Positions 24,677 through 37,915 of a stretch of 64,000 nucleotides of DNA are shown in pieces. The stretch is from Azolla caroliniana (Eukaryota > Plantae > Polypodiophyta), in assembly GCA_043228905.1 (NCBI GenBank), contig JBHGNT010000015.1, positions 10,230,001-10,294,000 on the forward strand. The letters are read 5' to 3'. Made by a program: the position numbers and the translations under genes. How positions within the stretch are numbered: position 1 is the stretch's first letter; every line of letters starts with the position of its first letter. The notes beneath the pieces are model-generated. The model did no database searches, had not been told where the DNA came from, and saw nothing but the letters and a program-made list of their open reading frames with translations.

Positions 24677-26095
24677 ATCATTCGAAATCGAATTCCAATT
24701 TTAATTTCTCGAGTAGTCGGATCGATTATGAACCTTCCCCACAAGAAAAATCTGATGTTTCGGCATACCTACCTCAATTCTGTCAAAACGATCTATTGAG
24801 TTACAAGATCCGTAGGTTAGATCCTGCGGAGAAGTGGGCTCTTTTTGCCCTGGAGAGAAATCTTCTATGGTCAGCAATGACGAGACGGAGAGGCGTTCTA
24901 GGTATGCCATGTCATGACATACCTATCTCACTCCAATTAGGATTATTACCATCTGGGGGAACTCCGTTAGTAGGATCCATAGAAACTGGACGATCTTCCA
25001 TCATTAGGGATATTGCATCCAATTCCTACTTTCCGTTGGTGAGGCTACCAATAAGAAAGTTGCTATACAATCGATCATATCTCAGAAATGTACATGGAAG
25101 TTTCATCTCGAGAGAGAGCGTACGCCGATGGGGTCTCATTTTTGGAATAGCGAGAGAGGTGTCTCCCTGCACAATATGGATTCATGATATTCATGAATTG
25201 AATATTCATCGTTCGTATCACAGACTAGAAGCTAATCCCAGGTTTTTGCTTTGCTTGATACTGAGTAATATTGGTAATGAGTGCAGTAACTCTCGCATTC
25301 ATAAGAATATTATTCTTCTTATTGCTTCGACTCATGTACCAACAAGGGTGGATCCAGCTCTGATAGCTCCGAACGGGCCAAACCGATTGATAAATTTTTG
25401 AAGGTCCAACAGGTGTCAATGTCATCAAGGATTGTCAATCCTCCTACGTATCAAAGGCTTCGAAATAGAAGCTAATTCACCTCTTCTTGAAGGTACTGGG
25501 TCTGGAACTACAGGTTATAGCAAACGAGATTCATTCCTTTCTACTAATGAAGCGTTATATAATTGGTACTTCGAGAACAAAAAAGGTTTTATGTAGTGAT
25601 GTCATTGGATTTGCTTCACATAGACAACGTTCAATTGTTACTTGTATAGGCAATGAAACAGAATCTAGTTCGGAATATAATATTCATTCTCATAGTATAG
25701 TAGAAACTATTCTCAAAAATAGTTTGATAGATACTTATCCCACAAATATTCTATCTAGTGGTAGTAATGCATCAAAGAGGCGATTTTACTATTTGTCTAA
25801 CTGGTACGTGGAACCCCCAATAACCGAATCAACAATTAAGGAATTCACTCTATTTTCGCATATCCCATGGCTACTAGCTGTGTTAGCCACCCACGATTCG
25901 TTCGAAACGGATATTGGAAAGAAAGAAAATTGCATTATTCCTGATAAATTTGTAGATAATGGTTTTAATCCAACTTGTGTCTTTCTAGAAAATCTCTCGA
26001 AACATTTCCCATGTTCAGAAATCTATAGAAGCAGAAATACATCCAATCTAAATCTCCATTACTTGCCTTGACATATTTTTCAAATCAGGGAGAGA
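24677..26095 (+). pseudogene. ycf2: Nuclear plastid insertion (NUPT): ycf2 AAA-region fragment
   Basis: LVGSIETGRS, SPCTIWIHDIHELN and IASTHVPTRVDPALIAPN match recalled Ycf2 motifs; stop and frameshift present. Confidence 0.82.
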
Positions 26096-26125
26096 GTCGT
26101 CATTGTGTTGTAGGGGACGAGTTAC

Positions 26126-26161
26126 GTATAGTGGTAAATATTCCTGCCTGTCACACGGGTG
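26126..26161 (+). pseudogene. tRNA-Asp fragment (D arm to anticodon arm)
   Basis: GTATAGTGGTAAATATTCCTGCCTGTCACACGGGTG. Confidence 0.65.
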
Positions 26162-26409
26162 GTAAAACAAAATTTCGGGCTCTTACAACAGAACTCCATA
26201 GAAAACTTATATTTCACATGATATTCCATCTCCTCCGTCTTTCCAATCATGTGTCAGGTGTAAGAAGATTTCCGTCTCTGTAAGAAGATTCACCATCCCA
26301 ACAGAAACAGTTGCAAACAGATCTGAAGTGATTCCAGCATTTGTAAAAACTGTTGGGGAGAAAAAAACAGACCATGAAAATGAAATGTACTATACTAATC
26401 TCCACCTCT

Positions 26410-27520
26410 CACCCCATTTGCTTCGATCCCCACAACTTATTCACTCTCCCTTCATGATGTGCTTTGGTCCCCTCACCATCATCACTCCTGAAAACAACCA
26501 AATTGCTTCATTCAATCCACCTCCACCATCTCGCCGAATGCCACCAATGTCCTGTGGAATTAACAACAAAATAAATAAAAAATTCCTCATCCCCTCATGA
26601 GCTGCTTCGATCCCCCCCACCATCATCACTCCTAAAACAGACACATTGCTTCCTTTAGTCCACATCCACCATCTCACCGAATAGCACCAATGTCCTGTGC
26701 AATGAATGAACAAAAATGAGAAATTGTTCCTCATTCCCTCATGATTTGCTTCGTTCCCCCACACCATCGTCACTCCTAAAAACAGAGAAATTGCTTCAAT
26801 GAAACCACATCCACCATCTCGCCGAATACCACCTCTGACCTATACAAAAAACAACAAAAACAAGTGAATAATGGTTCCTCATCCCCTCATGATTTGCTTC
26901 TGTCCCCCCCCACCATCATCACTCCTAAAAACAAACAAATTGCTTCAATCAATCCACATCCACCATCTCGCCGAGTACCGCCAATATCCTGTGTAATTAA
27001 CAACAAAATAAGTGAACAATGATTCCTCTCCCCTCCTGATCTGCTTCAACCCTCGCACCAACACCACTCATCCTCACACCATGACAAAGTTGCTTCAAAT
27101 CCCACAGCCATCATCCCGCAACCTATGAGAACCATAATATCTGTCTTAAGTCAACCCATATCTAGGGTATCTTGCTTCCCCTATTCCATCTCACCGATTA
27201 ACGCGGCCCTGTAATCACAACAAAAAATGAGCGAAAATCATTCCTCGCCTTCTCATAATAATCTGCTTCAGCCCCCACTCCAACAGCACTCATCCTAACC
27301 ACAAAAAATAGAAAAACGGCTTCGTCATGTCCCCATCTACCATCTCACTATCTCCGATTCGACAATCCTGTTACACTAACAACCAACAAACGAGTAGAAA
27401 ACAAACAGAAATCCTCACCTTCTCCTAGTAATCTTTGACAACCCCCACCACCATCAGTCATCCTAATCACAAAACAACTTAAACCTATTTCAACCTGTCC
27501 ACATCCACCATGTCGATGTC
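26410..27520. repeat. Degenerate ~145-bp tandem repeat, probably in the LINE 3' region
   Basis: TGCTTC..CCCCACCATCATCACTCCTAAAAAC recurs at ~26459, 26600, 26745, 26893, 27041 and 27263. Confidence 0.7.
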
Positions 27521-27689
27521 TCTGATTATCACACGAAATCTGCCTCATACCACTAAAATCTTCTTTTACTAGCCTGATTCAACATCCAGAACATCATCCC
27601 ATTTCCTCATATCTTCTTCTAGCATATGTATATCTTACCTACATGAAAATAGGCTTCATACATGCCGCCACCGTCTCCTCCTTGTTATC

Positions 27690-29490
27690 TCATGTTGTTC
27701 GCCATAAGAATGGTACTGGTGGCGGGAACAACCAACGAGGTGGCACATAATTCCACCTAACCTCTGTGCCTGCATCTAACATTATAGGAATAGCTGACCA
27801 AACTCGTCGTAATCTCTTTCTTTTTCGAATGGTTGTGTTTCTATAACCTTTATACCTGTCATACTCACCTTTAACCGAATGTACTAATAAATTCCAAAAA
27901 GACTTTACCTGATCCACAACGTGAATGTCTTCATCATTGTATAACTTGGAGCACCGAGCTTTCCAAAGAACCCATAGAGACAACGAGGAGACAATCTGCC
28001 AAACATAGCTCCGCGAGAAGAACTTGACTCCCTGCAAGGATCTTGAAGTAGAATATACCTGAAAACTTCTTACATATAAAGACAATGAAGAATGATTATA
28101 ATGATAAAAAGCCCTTTGTTGATCCAACATTCCCCAAAAGACTGCACCCCACGTAAAAATAGCAGACCTATACTTATGACCTAGAAGCCTAAGAATTCGA
28201 CAACAAAAACTTTTTGCGGAAACACATTCCCAAAATGCATGATGCAATGTCTCATCCGCAAACCCACACATAATACATGACCGATTACTCACTGATCCCC
28301 TCAATAAATGACCTATTGGCAATGCATAATGAATCATCAACCACCGAAAATGCAATATCTTATTCATGCATTTAATAGACCAAAACTGTTTCCAAAACAT
28401 AACCATATGAATAGATGAAACATTACCTTCCTCCCAATACTTTTTTCCAGCAGGTATTGGCTCGGTCTGCCTCAACATAAAATTCCTACCAAACACTACT
28501 GAATATTTGAAAAAAGGAAGGATCTTAGTCGAAGAGTCAGATATGGATAATTTCCAACCATAATCCGCTGGATCCCACTGCAGGTCATCAATAGGTTTAG
28601 AGTCTAACACCGAAATATGAGATGAAAAATTAACTATTAGTGGACTAGGATCGATATATATATTTTTATCTAATCTAGCAATTACTCGCACTGGCAATTG
28701 CTTTGCAGCCAACATGATTTGAGACTCCTCATCCACTAGTATCAACCTACCATTGTCCAACACTTCATAAAAATAAATGCTACCATTTTGATCATATAAC
28801 CGAGCTCCTATAAGTATATTGAGTGTCGAGAAGATACCGTACCAACTCTGAAAATGATCGAATTGCAATGTAGGCACTGTGACCTGATACACCCTGGACA
28901 ATTGTGATAACATGATCTTAGCCCCTCTTAAGTTCGATAACCTATTACTTTGCTCCAGCGTAGAGGACTGCATAAACCTTATCCAATCCGCAACCGTACG
29001 AGCTGGTCCACTATCCATTGCAGCCCATGATAACCTAGGGCGTAAACCCAAAACACATGCAGCTTCATCAGTAAATAAAGGATTCCATATCAATGGTTGA
29101 CGCATAAATTGATGATAGCTTTTCGGTGGCAAGAAAACAAGCGCTTGCCGAAGAGTTTCCCATGCCCGAAAAATTCCATTGAAGAAACGCAATGATCCAT
29201 CATTGGACTTAGGTAGCTGGAAATCTGCATTAAAGAACCATCTAAGACTATCCTTCCATTGACCACCTACCGAAGGCTTGACCTTACATAGATGTTGCAT
29301 CCATAGCTTTTTCCATAACTCCTGTCCTGGCAATAAACTCCGAACAACATGTTTAGTAAGTAAAGCTTTGCTTTGCATAAATGGATCAATCAAACCTAAA
29401 CCACCTTTTTGTTTAGGCTGTATCAGAATAGACCAAGCTACCTTTGCTACAGGATTGACTGACCTATTGTTCCCCCAAATAAAATTCCCA
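27690..29490 (-). mobile_element. 5'-truncated L1-type LINE, ORF2 C-terminal part
   Basis: FIWG..KVAWSILIQPKQKGGLGL post-RT motif; zf-RVT CIMCGFADETLHHAFWEC; LWVLWKARC. The open frame is ~600 aa. The first ~33 codons of the listed ORF are antisense tRNA satellite. Confidence 0.85.
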
Positions 29491-29492
29491 CC

Positions 29493-31049
29493 TGTATTGT
29501 GGTATTGTGGTGAGAATTCCCACCTGTCATGCAAGTGACCCGGTTTTGATCGCCGGCAATGGCGCAAAGGGCAAGTCAAAGCCGATTGCATCTCCTAGGG
29601 CAATGCCGCCTAGGATCCCGCACTGCCATATCCTCAATGCTTTCCTCACTGCCCTGGATCCTCTACCCCTTTCGTGCCATTGGGGGATACAGTCGGTCAT
29701 CCACGAGGTAGGGCGCCTATGACCATATGATATCTCGTTCGATAGCACTCTTGGGTATCGCGCTCATACGCGGACGAATTACGTTGCAACCTGTGTACTG
29801 TCGAAGAAACCGGGCCATGTTTTCGACATTTGGGTCCATGCTCTGACCGAGTTGTACGATCGATATTGCGAACACGAGGTTTTCGTTGTAGTATAGTTGT
29901 GAGAATTCCCGCCTGTCACGCGGATGACCCGGGTTCGATTGCCGACAATGACACGAAGGGTGGGGCGCATACGATGTTTGCTACTAAGGCAATTCCTCCT
30001 AGGATCCCACACCGCCATATCCTTAATGCTTTCCTCGGTCCCCTAGATCCTATACCCCTTTCTAGCCGTTGAGGGATACAGTCGGTCGTCCACAAGGCAG
30101 TGTGCATATCATCATATGATCTATCGTCCGAGTGCACTCCTGGGTATTGTTGCCAATAAGCAGATGAAGTTCGTTGCAACCCGTGTTCTGGTGACCAAAC
30201 CGGGCCTCCCCTCCTATTCAACATTCGGGTCCATTCTCCGAAGGAGTTGTACGATCGATACTTCATACACGAGGATGTCATTGTAGTATAACGATGAGTA
30301 TTCTGGCCTATCACGCGGGTGACCCGCGTTCGATCCCCGACAACGGCGCGAAGGGCGGGGTGAATACGATGCCATCTCAAAGGGCATTGCCACCTACGAT
30401 CCGATGTCATCTCCAAGGGCATTGCCGCCTACGATCCCGCACCGCCATATCCTCAATGATTTCCTCGCTGCCCCGGATCCTCTACACCTTTCGAGCCCTT
30501 GGTGGGTAAAGTCGGTCGTCGTCGGGGCCCATTGCCGCCTACGATCCCGCACCGCCATATCCTCAATGCTTTCCTCGCTGCCCTGGATCCTCTACCCCTT
30601 AAGCGAACGAATTTTGTTAGAACCCGTGTTTTGGCGACAAAACCAGGCCTCGTTTTCGACATTCGGGTCCATGCTCCGAACGAGTTGTACGATCAATACA
30701 TCCAACATGAGGATGTCGTTGTAGTATAGTGGTGAGTATTCTCGCCTATCACGCGGGTGACCCGGGTTCGATCCCCGGCAACGACGCGAAGATCGGGGCG
30801 AATTTGATGTCATCTACTAAGGCATTTCCGCCAAGGATACTGCACCACCATATCCTCAATGCTTTCCTTGTTCCCATGGATCCTCTACCTATTTCAAGGC
30901 CTTGGGGGGGTACAATCGGTCGTCCATGAGGTTGGGCGCATATCATCATATGATCTCTCATCCGAGTGCACTCCTGGGTGTTGCATCCCATAAGCGGACG
31001 AATTTCTTTGCAAACCGTGTTCTAGCGACGAAATCAGGCCTCGTTTTCG
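29493..31049 (+). repeat. tRNA-Asp satellite block 2 (inverted orientation, 4 degenerate copies)
   Basis: Copies at 29493-29564, 29882-29953, 30277-30348 and 30715-30786, with internal spacer duplications at 30370-30600. Confidence 0.92.
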
Positions 31050-31264
31050 GGTTGTGATTGTAGCGTCGTGACAAGGAGTGCGAGCGAACTAGCACAACTA
31101 TTGAGATGATATGGGAAGAACAAGAAAAGAAATAAAGCAATGATGCAAGTGAAACCAAGGTGAGCAGTGTTAGAGGTGAACAAGAGTAAAAGAGAATGAG
31201 ATGAAAGAAGAGGAGAAGAGTGAGTGCGAAGAAAAAGAAAAGCTTAAGAAATTTTCGTTAGAAA

Positions 31265-31316
31265 GACCTTGTGCAAACTAGTTTCGCTCTAGGTACAGCG
31301 CATCAGGGCCAAGGTC
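31265..31316 (-). ncRNA. Minimal type I hammerhead ribozyme-like motif
   Basis: Minus strand GACCTTG-GCC-CTGATGC-GCT-GTACCTAG-AGC-GAAACTAGTT-TGCA-CAAGGTC: stem I, core, stem II and palindromic stem III. A9>C deviation. Confidence 0.65.
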
Positions 31317-31347
31317 ATTTACAACAAGAGGGTAGGTTTATATAGGG

Positions 31348-31398
<51 letters not shown>

Positions 31399-31513
31399 CG
31401 AGGGAGGGAGGGAATAGGAGTTTAATGAGGGGAGAGAGGGAAACGGGGAATCGTGATACGCAAAGGATTGATAAGTGAAAGTGGGCTAGACGGGGGGTTA
31501 TATGTATGTATAT

Positions 31514-34500
31514 TGTTGAGAGACAAGCTCAACATTCGTGTGTAATACGATGCGTAACCCAGTGCGTAGACTGGGTGCGTAAATCGGTACGCATAACATG
31601 GTCGTATCGGTGTGAAAACCACGAGGCTGTTGGGAAGATATTCCTCGTAAGGAATAATTTTGGGAGTTAGTGTAGTAGGCTCATTTATGAGCAATCAAGT
31701 ACTGTTAGTACTTGTGTCAGCCCTATTGTCAAGGTGTATGTACAGATTGAGTATTATTTTGAATTGAGTTTTTGTGTGTTGTCTCTCTGTCTCTCCCGCG
31801 TACTGTGTATATACAAGCTCTCCTGGACCATTAAACTTGCTTATTTTCTGTGTTCGGTTTTCTATTGCTTCCGGACATAATCTTTTTCATGGTATCAGAG
31901 CGTGAGGGTTGAGAACCTCTACATCCGACATAACTTGAAAAGAAAACTAACCAAGAAGAACAGGAAAAACAAAATGGATAAAGGCATGGGTAGCTCGCTT
32001 CCTACCGAGAAGCTCGATAGAAACAACTATGCGTCTTGGTGGTACAAGATGCACCAGTACCTGCTCGGGCATGGTTACTGGAGCTATGTCGACACACAGA
32101 GATTTCCCGGCGTGGGAATAGTCGACAAGCAGAGTACTGTACTGCTTCACGTCTTTTGTGGGCGAATAGGTCCTGAGCTATATTCGGGATGTGAAAACGC
32201 CAAAGGATGCTGACACAGAACCCGAATCGACGCACAGGGATTTCCCGGCATGGGAATAGTCGACGAGCAGAGTACTGTATTGCTTCACGTCTTGTGTGGG
32301 CGAATCCGAAGAAGATCTTCTCCGCAAACACCACAGCCAAGAAGCTTCAACTCCGACAGGAGCTGAGCAATTTACAACAATGCGACTTGTTGGTGGCTGA
32401 TTGCACCTCGAAGATCAAAGAGATATGCGACTCCTTAGCCTCTATCGATGTGAACGTCAAGGAAGGTGAGATGGTGCAAATTTTTCTCGAGGGACTGGCG
32501 TCTAAGTTGGGAGCATTCCGAACTTCTGTGTGTACTCGGGAGAATACGCCGTCATTTTTCGACTTATAGTCGATGCTCCTTATAGAGGAGAACCATGCGG
32601 GTGCGTCGACAAGCACGCATGTCGACAGCAAGACGAGGCGAGTCGGTGCGCAATGGAGGCAGCCGATGGGATCAAGGAAGAAGGCACCAAAGTGTTACCG
32701 ATAGTAATTCCGGACCCTCCGGAAACAGGGGGAGTCGAGGCGACGAGAACCGACAAGGGAAATTTGTCGCGGAATGCTGGTACTATGGCAAAAAAGGCCA
32801 CAAGGAGAGCGAGTACTAGAAAAAGCGCGTTGATTTGGAGAGGACCGGATCAGGATCAGGTTCCAGACAAACCGACAAAGGAAATCGGCAACGAACGCAC
32901 TACGCCGAAGGATCCGGAAAAGCCGAAAAAGGGTCAGTCTTCGTGACGAGACACAAAGCAAACTCGATGAAGAAGATCACCCTGAAGTCGGACGAGGCGT
33001 GGTACGTCGACTCTAGCGTGTCAAACCACATGACGTGCCACAAGGAGTGGTTCTCATACCTGGAAAAACCGATGCAACCGGCAGTAGTCGCAACCGGAGA
33101 CGACACTCCACATTTGATTGCCAATGTCAGTAAAGTTCCCTTGAGCTATGTCGGGTAGAAAGGGAAACTTATGAACGTGTTGCACATCTCGACAATCACG
33201 AAGAACCTGGTATCGGTCGGGCAGATCGTCGACCTAGGGATGCAAGTCCGGTTCATGCATCTTGGGTGCTTCATTGAGGAAGAAGGCCGAGTTATTGCGC
33301 AATGGCGCAGAGACGGGAGGATGTTTATCCTGGAATCTAGTGATGGTGGCACCGCAATGTTCGCAAAAGGACAAAAAGTCGAGTCGGATATCGACTTATG
33401 GCACAAGTGGATAGGCCATGTCAACTATGAACGACTTTAGGACCTGCAATCGAAATAGGTGGTGTTCGGATTGCCCAAATTTAGTGGCCGGAAGGCACGA
33501 ATTTGTGAAGCCTCCTAGCTAGGGAAGCAATACCGACTTCCTTTCCCTAACGAGCGTAACCGGAGCCGGAACAAGCTCGACTTGATACATTCCGATGTAT
33601 GGGGGCCGACACAGAACGTTAATCTTGGTGAGAGTCAATATTTTGTCTCCTTCATTGACGACTATACGTGGCACAAATGGGAATTCGGCGCGAATTCAGT
33701 TCTAGATACACGCCGGAGCAAAATGGCGTGGCCGAGAGGAAGAACCGGTCAATTGTAGAAGCGGCACGGGCAATGCTAGAGGGGAAGAGCTTGCCCAAGT
33801 TGGGCCGAGCCGGTATGAACCATGGTGTACATTCAGAATCGGATCGGACAAAAAGTGTCGACGCATGAGATGTATTTCGGTAGGATTGCTTATGTGCATG
33901 TGCTGAAGGAGAAATAGAGGAAGTTGGACGCGAAAGCTAAGAAGTGTATCTTGGTCGGCTATTCGAACAAGCAGTGTTATAACCCTCGCACCAAACAAGC
34001 GTGCGTGAGCCGCGACGTTGTGTTTGACGAGTCTGCATCTTGGTACTTGCGTCCGACTCCGGACCCCACCTCTAATCCGAGTTCTGACGATGGGGTCAGG
34101 GAGGCCAAGATGCCTTCGGATGAGCCTGAAATCGGGACCTGCGAAGAGAGTCCGATTTCGTTTCGGTTAAGCGAACCGGAGGGATGACTGAGTTCGTTCG
34201 ACCAGTTCGATGAAGAACTGACGAGTGGTGGAGACTCGACCGTGCATTCCCCGCGTAGGAAGCTGAGGAGAGGGCTTATGCGCAAGGAAAAAGGGAAGAA
34301 GAAGGTGTCGGATTACGACTCGTATAAGAACGAGTCGAATCAATGCGAGTCCGACTCTGAGGGAAGTGATGACAGGTCTTCGAGAGCGAACTCCGCATCG
34401 GCTAAGATAGCCTGAACATCGGCTAATGAGCAATTGCGTCGATCTACCCACCAGAAGAACCCTGTTGTGCGGTTCGGATACAATGAGTACATGGCGCATC

Positions 34501-36359
34501 ACTATGCGTACATGACCTGTGTAGCGGAAGTGCATGAGCCAGAGAGCTACGCGGAACCGGCGAAGGACACATATTGGCGCGCCGCAATGGAGGAAGAGAT
34601 GCGCGCATTAGCGGAGAATGAAACCTAGGACCTGGTTGACGCACCGAAAGGTGTCAAGCTGATCCGATGTAGGTGGGTGTACAAGGTCAAGTGCAACATT
34701 GACGGCTCGATCAACCGATACAAGGCCCGGTTAGTAGCGAAAAGCTACGCGCAGAAACACGGCATCGACTACCATGAGACGTTTGCGCCGGTCGCAAAGA
34801 TGATGACCGTTCGTGTTTTGCTCGCGGTAGTTGCGGCAAAGGGGTGGCACTTACATAAAATGGATGTAAACTGGGGGCTACTATATTGGACCGATACTAT
34901 TGCACAGTTGGTCGGTTACACTAATGCTGATTGGGCCGGAAACGCCGGTGATCGTCGATCCACGTCCGATTTCGCGTTCTCTCTTGGGAGTGCCGCGGTC
35001 GCGTGGAGTAGCAAGAAGCAGCCGACAATTGCGCTGTCAAGCATCGAAGCCGAGTATAGAGGAGCGGTTGTCGCGATATGCAAAGCCATATGGCTGAAAC
35101 GACTATTATGGGATCTGCAAGTAGAGGTGTTTGATCCGACGACAATCTATTGCGACAACCTCAAAAACATCCAGCTAGCAAAGAATCCCATCTTCCACGC
35201 CTGGACTAAGCACATTGAGGTGCACTAGCATTTCGTCCGTGAGTGTGTCCTCCCCGGTGAAGTCGAACTTCAGTATGTTCTGACGGATCGGCAGAATACC
35301 GACATCTTCACCAATCCTCTTGGTCTAGACAAGTTGCGACAATTCTCGGGTGTACTTGGGTTGCATCACCTCGACGTGCCGAACTCGAGGGGGAGAGACG
35401 TCCATGATGACCACGGAAGGGAGTAGGAAAGGAGCAGAAAAGACCGTGATGCCGAGTCGGATGACGAACTCGATTTCGGATCGACTGAAGAAGCCAAGGG
35501 CGGATGCGCGGAAGAGTCCGAAAGCGGACATAAGGGGAGCAGTTGGAAGAAAGAGCCAAAGCTAGCCAAATCAGGGGGAGATACAACCAAGAAGGGCGTA
35601 AAGGCCAAGACCAAGACATGGTTTGATGTAGTCAAAGGCCTAAAAACTGAAGACGAATTGGAGACAGCCAATTCAAATGAAAGGGGAATTGAATCGGAAG
35701 TGTTCGATTCAATCGGAACGTTCGATTCGGATAAGCCAAATCAATTGAAGGCCATGTGGAGAAAAGGGTGGTGAAGGACACGCCGACACCGCAATAGCAA
35801 GGGAGTTGAGAAGGGCCGTGTAAGCAGATGAGCCGACCGGAAGGGTCGAGGCACGCGGAATTGAACAGGTCGAGGAGCGCGAGCGAGGCGTGAAGCCAGA
35901 AGGAACCGGAGCGTAGATCCGACAGAGCAGGTGGAACCTCAAGTTGATCTTGAGGGGGAGTGTTGAGAGAAAAGCTCAACATTCGTGCGTAATACGATGC
36001 CTAACCCAGTGCGTAGACTGGGTGCGTAAATCAGTACGCATAACATGGCCATATCGGTGTGAAAATTGCGAGGCCGTTGGGAAGATATTCCTCGTAAGGA
36101 ATAATTTTGGGAGTTAGTGTAGTAGGCTCATTTATGAGCAGTCAAGTACTATCAGTACTTGTGTCAGCCCTATTGTCAGGGCTTGTATAAAAGGTGCTCA
36201 CTGAGCACAATGTATGTACAGATTGAGTATTATTTTGAATTGAGTTTCTGTGTGTTCTCTCTCTGTCTCTCCCGCGTACTGTGTATATTCAAGCTCTCTA
36301 TTAAACCTGCGTATTTTCTGTGTTCGGTTTTCTATTGCTTCCGCACATAATCTTTTTCA
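31514..36359 (+). mobile_element. Copia element D, internally deleted
   Basis: LTRs 31514-31889 and 35961-36359; PBS TGGTATCAGAGC at 31890-31901; PPT GAGGGGGAG; TSD TATAT. gag, PR (WYVDSSVSNHMT), partial INT, partial RT (YKARLVAK) and RNaseH. Confidence 0.95.
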
Positions 36360-36444
36360 TATATGATAAGTGATAGGTGGGGGTGGGGGTGGGCTCTAAG
36401 AAGAGGGGGATTATAGGGGTGGAATATAAAAGGAATATAGTATT

Positions 36445-37915
36445 ATGTGGGAGTATTTATGGATTTATATTTAGTTTTGACGAGAAGGGAATGAATGGAC
36501 TTGGACTTAGTCCAACATATGAAGGGTCGTGGTAGTTTGGATAGTTGGGGATGTGTGGCTAAATCTGCGTGGTGGTTTTCTAGCATGTTGTGAATTCCTA
36601 ATCTAGGGTTATTTTTTGTATACCTAAGTTTGAAGATGACAAGTATAAGGGTACTTTTAGGTTCTCTACTAAATACAAGTGATTTCCTAGCGCTAAATAG
36701 AACCTTTTTTATAATTCTCTAATTTAAAAGAAAGGGGATATCCTCTCTTAACTAATCTACTAAAAATTAGTTTTTTCATTCGAAGGAAACCTAAGGGGGT
36801 ACTTTCTCTAATTAGGTATCGTTTTAGTTCATTAATAATAAAATGATGTTTTAAGTGAAGGGGGTGAACTGACGAGAATGAGAGATACTGGTAGGCATTT
36901 TGGGGCTTTTGGTAGCATTTAAAGGAGAAATGTGGATTCTTTAGGTTAATCCATAAATCTAAGAACGATAATCTAAAGGGAGAAATGGTGATTTTAATTT
37001 TGATGCAATTATTAGTGGAGGTGTTATAGAACTGGAGGTAATTTTCTAATTCGGGTTTATTACCCGTCCATATCCCGAATGCATCATCTATATATCTAGT
37101 GAAATAGAAAACATTAGGATGTGATGGTTGGGAGTTCTCTAAGTGAGCTAAGAATGGGCATGCATAAACTACAAAAAAATTACTACCCATGGTTGTACCT
37201 TTGACTTGTTGATAGATAATGTTATCAAAGGATAGAAAGTGATATTCTAATGTGAGTGCACTAAGTGTATAGATAAGGTTAGTTTTAGAAGATGAAAAAT
37301 GTGGGGTAATCATTTTTCGTAAAGCTTGAAGTCCTAACTTAGGGGGTATGCTGGGATATAAAGATTCAACATCAAAGGTAAAGATAAAGCTATTAGGGGG
37401 TGGGTTGAGATGTTCTAAAGTCTGGACAAGGGAATGTGAGTCTTTCAAATATTGCTTCTGAAGGAGAACGGTAGTCATGAGTTGGTGGTGAAGCCATTTT
37501 GATGTTTGTTCAAAAAGGGAGTTATTGTATGAGCAAATAGGTCTAAAACCTATTGGGTTTTTATGGAGTTTTGGGAGGAAATAGATATTGCATACTTGGT
37601 ACCCTTTTGAGGGTTTATGTAGTATGTAGTTGGCTTCTATGTTGGATAGGGTACCAAGATGGTTATTAACAATGCTTTTCAATCTATAGGATAACTCCTC
37701 AAGTGGATAGTGGGAGACTTTTTTATATGTATTAGTATCGGAAAGGTGTTCTATAGCTTTGTTATAGTACGTGTCCTTATCAAGAACACACACTCCAACA
37801 TTTTTGTCAGTAGGTAGGATTATGATTTTGTTGTTTTTCTTAAGAGATTGTAAGGCTAGTGAGAAGTGAGGTGCAATCCTAGTGGGTTTTAATTTGAGTG
37901 TATGAAGTGTGTTCT
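36445..37915 (-). pseudogene. Penelope-type reverse transcriptase (ORF 36693-37793 plus frameshifted thumb)
   Basis: DKNVG, FLPKLHK..FRPI, FDVESLYPSIP, GTTMGS, RYIDD, FLDL, YQKP..YL..SVHP, RGYP. The protein ends near ..SLLVKTK with no GIY-YIG. Confidence 0.85.
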
